Source of the DNA: an uncultured candidate division Zixibacteria bacterium
GTDB lineage: Bacteria; Zixibacteria; MSB-5A5; GN15; FEB-12
Assembly: GCA_963735035.1 (NCBI GenBank)
Contig: CAVTJJ010000003.1
Location: 512,001 to 576,000, forward strand
Length of the DNA stretch: 64,000 nt
Direction: 5' to 3'
Both the position numbers and the translations under genes were made by a program. Shown piece after piece: positions 60,843 through 64,000 of the stretch. The notes beneath the pieces were generated by a model. The model had not been told where the DNA came from and searched no databases. It saw only the letters and a list, made by a program, of their open reading frames with translations. How positions within the stretch are numbered: the stretch's first letter is position 1; every line of letters starts with the position of its first letter.

Positions 60843-62984
60843 ATGTCTTATAGGACGGCCGCACTTCTCTGTCTGGGCAGTCTGTTGATTGGGTCAGTCG
60901 GCTTAGCCGCCGACAAACAAGCCGTTCGGGTGGAGCGCATTGGTGACATTTCCCCGCAGGACATCATTCTGGCTCCTTCGCTGATCTCAGCCGACACTTG
61001 CACTGTCACCAGCTACACGACACTGACAATGCGCATCGACGGCTGGGTGACCGGATTTGAATTGTACAAGACTCTCATGAACCCTGCCACCCGGTGTCCC
61101 AATCCGTATCCATACACGGTGATGGCGGTCAATATGCCGATGGGCTTCAGCAAGGCCACTACTCTGACCGTCTCAGTCGATGTCGAAGCGGTCGATTCTA
61201 CGACCATTCCCGGATGCCCGGTGCCGGGGGTTCTCCTGGCGCTCTCTTCGGACTATACCGTTAGTATTCCCGGTTCGGGATACTACGACATCTGGATTCC
61301 GCTTGATACTCCCAAAGCGGTGACCGGCCCGTTCTTTGCCGGATTCTATATCGGCAACGCGGTCGACCCGGCCGCCCAGGTGGCGTTGCTTACGGATGAA
61401 AACCCGATTGCGTGCGCGTCCTACAACATTTGGAGTGACTCGATCGGGTGGGTGGATCTGGTCAATAACGATGTTTTCAATTTCCCCGGCACTCTTGGGA
61501 TGGAGGCAGCCGGCAATCCCGGCGGGAATCCGTCAATCGTCCCCGACCTGCAAATTGTTTCTCCCGCTGACGGCGACTTGCTCTATGGCAGCGCCGAGCT
61601 TTGGGCCTGGGATCGAGCGCTTACCGGCGCGGTAGAGTATGTGGTATTCGAATACTCCACCGGCGGCGTGTTCACCGAAATTGGCAGGGATTTCGACGGC
61701 ACTTCAACCAATCGCAACGGAGTCAACACGGCTGCCGGCGGTACCGGTTACAACGTCACCTGGGATTTCTCAGCCTTGCCTGAAGGGACCTATACGATTC
61801 GCGCTACGCAAGTACCCACGGCCGGGAACCCGACATCGTCGTCCATAAGTGTCTATCTGGAACCTACTCCACCGATAGCGAGGGTTGTCTCTCCCGCCGC
61901 CAGTACTCCCCTCTGTCTGCCGGTGGACATCTACATGAATTGCCCCGATGAAAACATGGCGTCCGTTGAAGTCTTCCGTCGCCAGGCGGCTTCGTCTGTG
62001 TCGGTCGGTGTCTCGCCGATGAATCAAAACACGGTCGGCGACGTCAACGGTAACGCAGCGGACGGAAATCATGTTTCCAGCGGCGAGTTCGGCGACTACT
62101 ACTCCGGACCGGTGGCTGCAACCGTCGCGGCTATGGTCTGGTCGAGTCGCGGCTATCCGGCACTGGTACGTCAGGGAACAACTTCTTTGACTGTGCAACA
62201 GGTAGCCGAAGGGTTTGCCACTTCTTTCGGCACCAGAACGAAGACGGGCACGTATGACGAAGCGATGTTGACCGGTCTCCGAAGTTATGCCGTCTCCAAA
62301 GGGGGCGGGTTCAATTTCGATTTCAAACGCAACCCTGCCTATTATGATCTTCGCATTTGGGTTGAAGACGAATCGCGCGTGGTTATGCTCGGACTGGGAG
62401 GAACTCCCGGCCTGTGGATCACGGTTGATGGCTTTGCCGTCTGGCAGCGCGCCGACTCGTCGTACCTGGTGAGTGTCGCCGACCCGCTGACTGGCACTAT
62501 TCTGGACGCCTCCTGGCGCAACCGGAATGGCTATAGCGAACTAAGCATAGGTGGAGTGTGGCAGCGGGTGGAGATCATGGTATCGATGTTCGCGTCGGCC
62601 TATCCGGTCAACCGGACTCTGATCGGAGTTGATATCAATGGAAATGATGGCTGGAATGTTCACTGGTCCACCATCGGAATCGGCGACGGCACCCGCCACT
62701 ACCTTCACACCAGCGCCGAGGACACCGACGGTCATACCGGTCCTTACACGACCCTGGTCGAACATAACTGCGCCACCGCCTACGTGCATGGTGATTTTAA
62801 CGGTGATCGTACGACGACGATGGCAGATCTGTACCTGTTGATCGATTTCATTACCGGAGCCGGTTCGGCACCCTCTGGCGGCGCGGCTCGCGCTGACTGC
62901 AACTGCGACAACGTGGTAAACATCGCCGACGTCATCTACTACATGAATTATCTGTATGGACAGGCCAGCCCGCCCTGTCGCTAA
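60843..62984 (+). CDS. Secreted Ig-like-domain protein with a C-terminal dockerin-like domain
   Basis: Signal peptide; VSPADGD..G / P.GTYTIRA Ig-like motifs; GDFNGD...ADL..LID and DCNCDNVVNIADV. Confidence 0.8.
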   Translation: MSYRTAALLCLGSLLIGSVGLAADKQAVRVERIGDISPQDIILAPSLISADTCTVTSYTTLTMRIDGWVTGFELYKTLMNPATRCPNPYPYTVMAVNMPMGFSKATTLTVSVDVEAVDSTTIPGCPVPGVLLALSSDYTVSIPGSGYYDIWIPLDTPKAVTGPFFAGFYIGNAVDPAAQVALLTDENPIACASYNIWSDSIGWVDLVNNDVFNFPGTLGMEAAGNPGGNPSIVPDLQIVSPADGDLLYGSAELWAWDRALTGAVEYVVFEYSTGGVFTEIGRDFDGTSTNRNGVNTAAGGTGYNVTWDFSALPEGTYTIRATQVPTAGNPTSSSISVYLEPTPPIARVVSPAASTPLCLPVDIYMNCPDENMASVEVFRRQAASSVSVGVSPMNQNTVGDVNGNAADGNHVSSGEFGDYYSGPVAATVAAMVWSSRGYPALVRQGTTSLTVQQVAEGFATSFGTRTKTGTYDEAMLTGLRSYAVSKGGGFNFDFKRNPAYYDLRIWVEDESRVVMLGLGGTPGLWITVDGFAVWQRADSSYLVSVADPLTGTILDASWRNRNGYSELSIGGVWQRVEIMVSMFASAYPVNRTLIGVDINGNDGWNVHWSTIGIGDGTRHYLHTSAEDTDGHTGPYTTLVEHNCATAYVHGDFNGDRTTTMADLYLLIDFITGAGSAPSGGAARADCNCDNVVNIADVIYYMNYLYGQASPPCR

Positions 62985-63006
62985 CAATAACTAGTGCAAA
63001 AATGCC

Positions 63007-63034
63007 AAGGGCCGCTCAATAGAGCGGCCCTTTT
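63007..63034. terminator. Terminator between convergent genes
   Basis: AAGGGCCGCTC-AATA-GAGCGGCCCTTTT. Confidence 0.8.
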
Positions 63035-63064
63035 CGTTGCATGCCGGGGCTTCTCATAGAACGT

Positions 63065-64000
63065 CTACCAGCTCAGTTGCCAGTTGGCCGAATTAGGCAC
63101 CGATACTCGCTTGCGGAGAATCGTCCCGTCGCTACGGTTGATCGTAAACTCGTATGAGGGCGATCCGTTAAGCAGCGGAGAAGGGATCAGATCGAGATAG
63201 AAGTATCCGGACTCGTTCACAGTAGCAGTGACCGGAGTCGGAGAGATGATATTGCCGTTCTGCAGTGTCACTCCTCCGGGCAGCCGTGCAATAATTTTGG
63301 CATCGGTCTCGGCGCGACCGTCGGTGGTAAACAGATATCCATATACCCGGCACAACGACGGCGACGAAGGCGTCCCTGGATCAAACCAGGTCCCCGGAAC
63401 CGTGTCGGTTTTCGCGCCGGATATCGCGAGCGTATCGAAGGCTCCAAACATGAATCCCGGGGCCGTGGCAGTCACTAGGTAACTGCCGGCATCGAGGTTA
63501 GCGGTCGCATGTCCCGAAACATCTGTCACCGCCGACACGAGTAGAGCCGTCTGATCCAGATTTCGTATGCCGAGTGCAGCACCGGGTACTACGACGTGGT
63601 TGGACGTGTCAAACGCCAGCAACGTGACCGAATACGCTCCCGATCCGGCGATTCCGATAGCCTGATCCAGATCGACTGCGGTGTTATCTTCATCAAGGGA
63701 AGTCAACTGGCGGTCCGAATTGTCCCAGGGGTTATCATCGATCCCGGACACCGGCTCGTCCAGATTGTCGAGTCGCACCAGATAATCTGACAGTTCATCG
63801 CCGCCGAGTGTGAATGCAAAGCAATTCGGAGTCGGCAGACCACCGTCGCAATATAGGACCACCGTTCCGGTATAGAGACCCGCCCCTTCATCGTTGTCAA
63901 TGTCCGCGACCTGATCGACAAAGTAATAATATGTATGGCTCGCGAACCTCAGACTGTCAATATAGACGCTGCCGGCACCGGCGTTAGTCCAGCGGCAGGT
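63065..64000 (-). CDS. Partial (5'-truncated) protein with carboxypeptidase-regulatory/transthyretin-like beta domains
   Basis: Frame is open to the window edge; TDVSG...LDAGSYLVTATAPGF motif. Confidence 0.7.
   Translation of the reverse strand, partial: TCRWTNAGAGSVYIDSLRFASHTYYYFVDQVADIDNDEGAGLYTGTVVLYCDGGLPTPNCFAFTLGGDELSDYLVRLDNLDEPVSGIDDNPWDNSDRQLTSLDEDNTAVDLDQAIGIAGSGAYSVTLLAFDTSNHVVVPGAALGIRNLDQTALLVSAVTDVSGHATANLDAGSYLVTATAPGFMFGAFDTLAISGAKTDTVPGTWFDPGTPSSPSLCRVYGYLFTTDGRAETDAKIIARLPGGVTLQNGNIISPTPVTATVNESGYFYLDLIPSPLLNGSPSYEFTINRSDGTILRKRVSVPNSANWQLSW

Overview
A GC-rich bacterial chromosomal segment. Three secreted proteins end in a dockerin-like 'GD.N....TIGD...LID.(L/K)FI' tail, which suggests candidate division Zixibacteria or a relative (inference). 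Housekeeping genes include lptF/lptG, yhaM, tRNA-Ser(GGA), mntH, recA, thpR, tyrosine phenol-lyase, a UGA(Sec)-containing selD, an ECF sigma/anti-sigma pair, gpx, corA, an alpha2-type glycyl-tRNA synthetase, recO and a ftsB/divIC-like gene. Between them lie signalling cassettes, secreted proteins and many REP/MITE-like palindromes, including a 47-bp tandem array. The most interesting items are: (1) a lipoprotein operon with two active and one catalytically dead L,D-transpeptidase-like genes; (2) a low-GC Panacea/YwgA-like plus SAMHD1-like HD dNTPase cassette; (3) a divergent yybP-ykoY-like riboswitch ahead of corA; (4) a secreted LIM-repeat/DA1-type metallopeptidase; (5) a predicted SigR/SigH-like regulon covering the sigma gene and gpx; (6) a dispersed covarying hairpin family; (7) repeated leaderless promoters. 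Several single-base frameshifts, two of them in the essential glycyl-tRNA synthetase gene, point to sequence-quality artefacts. All family calls come from motif recognition by eye; no database searches were run.
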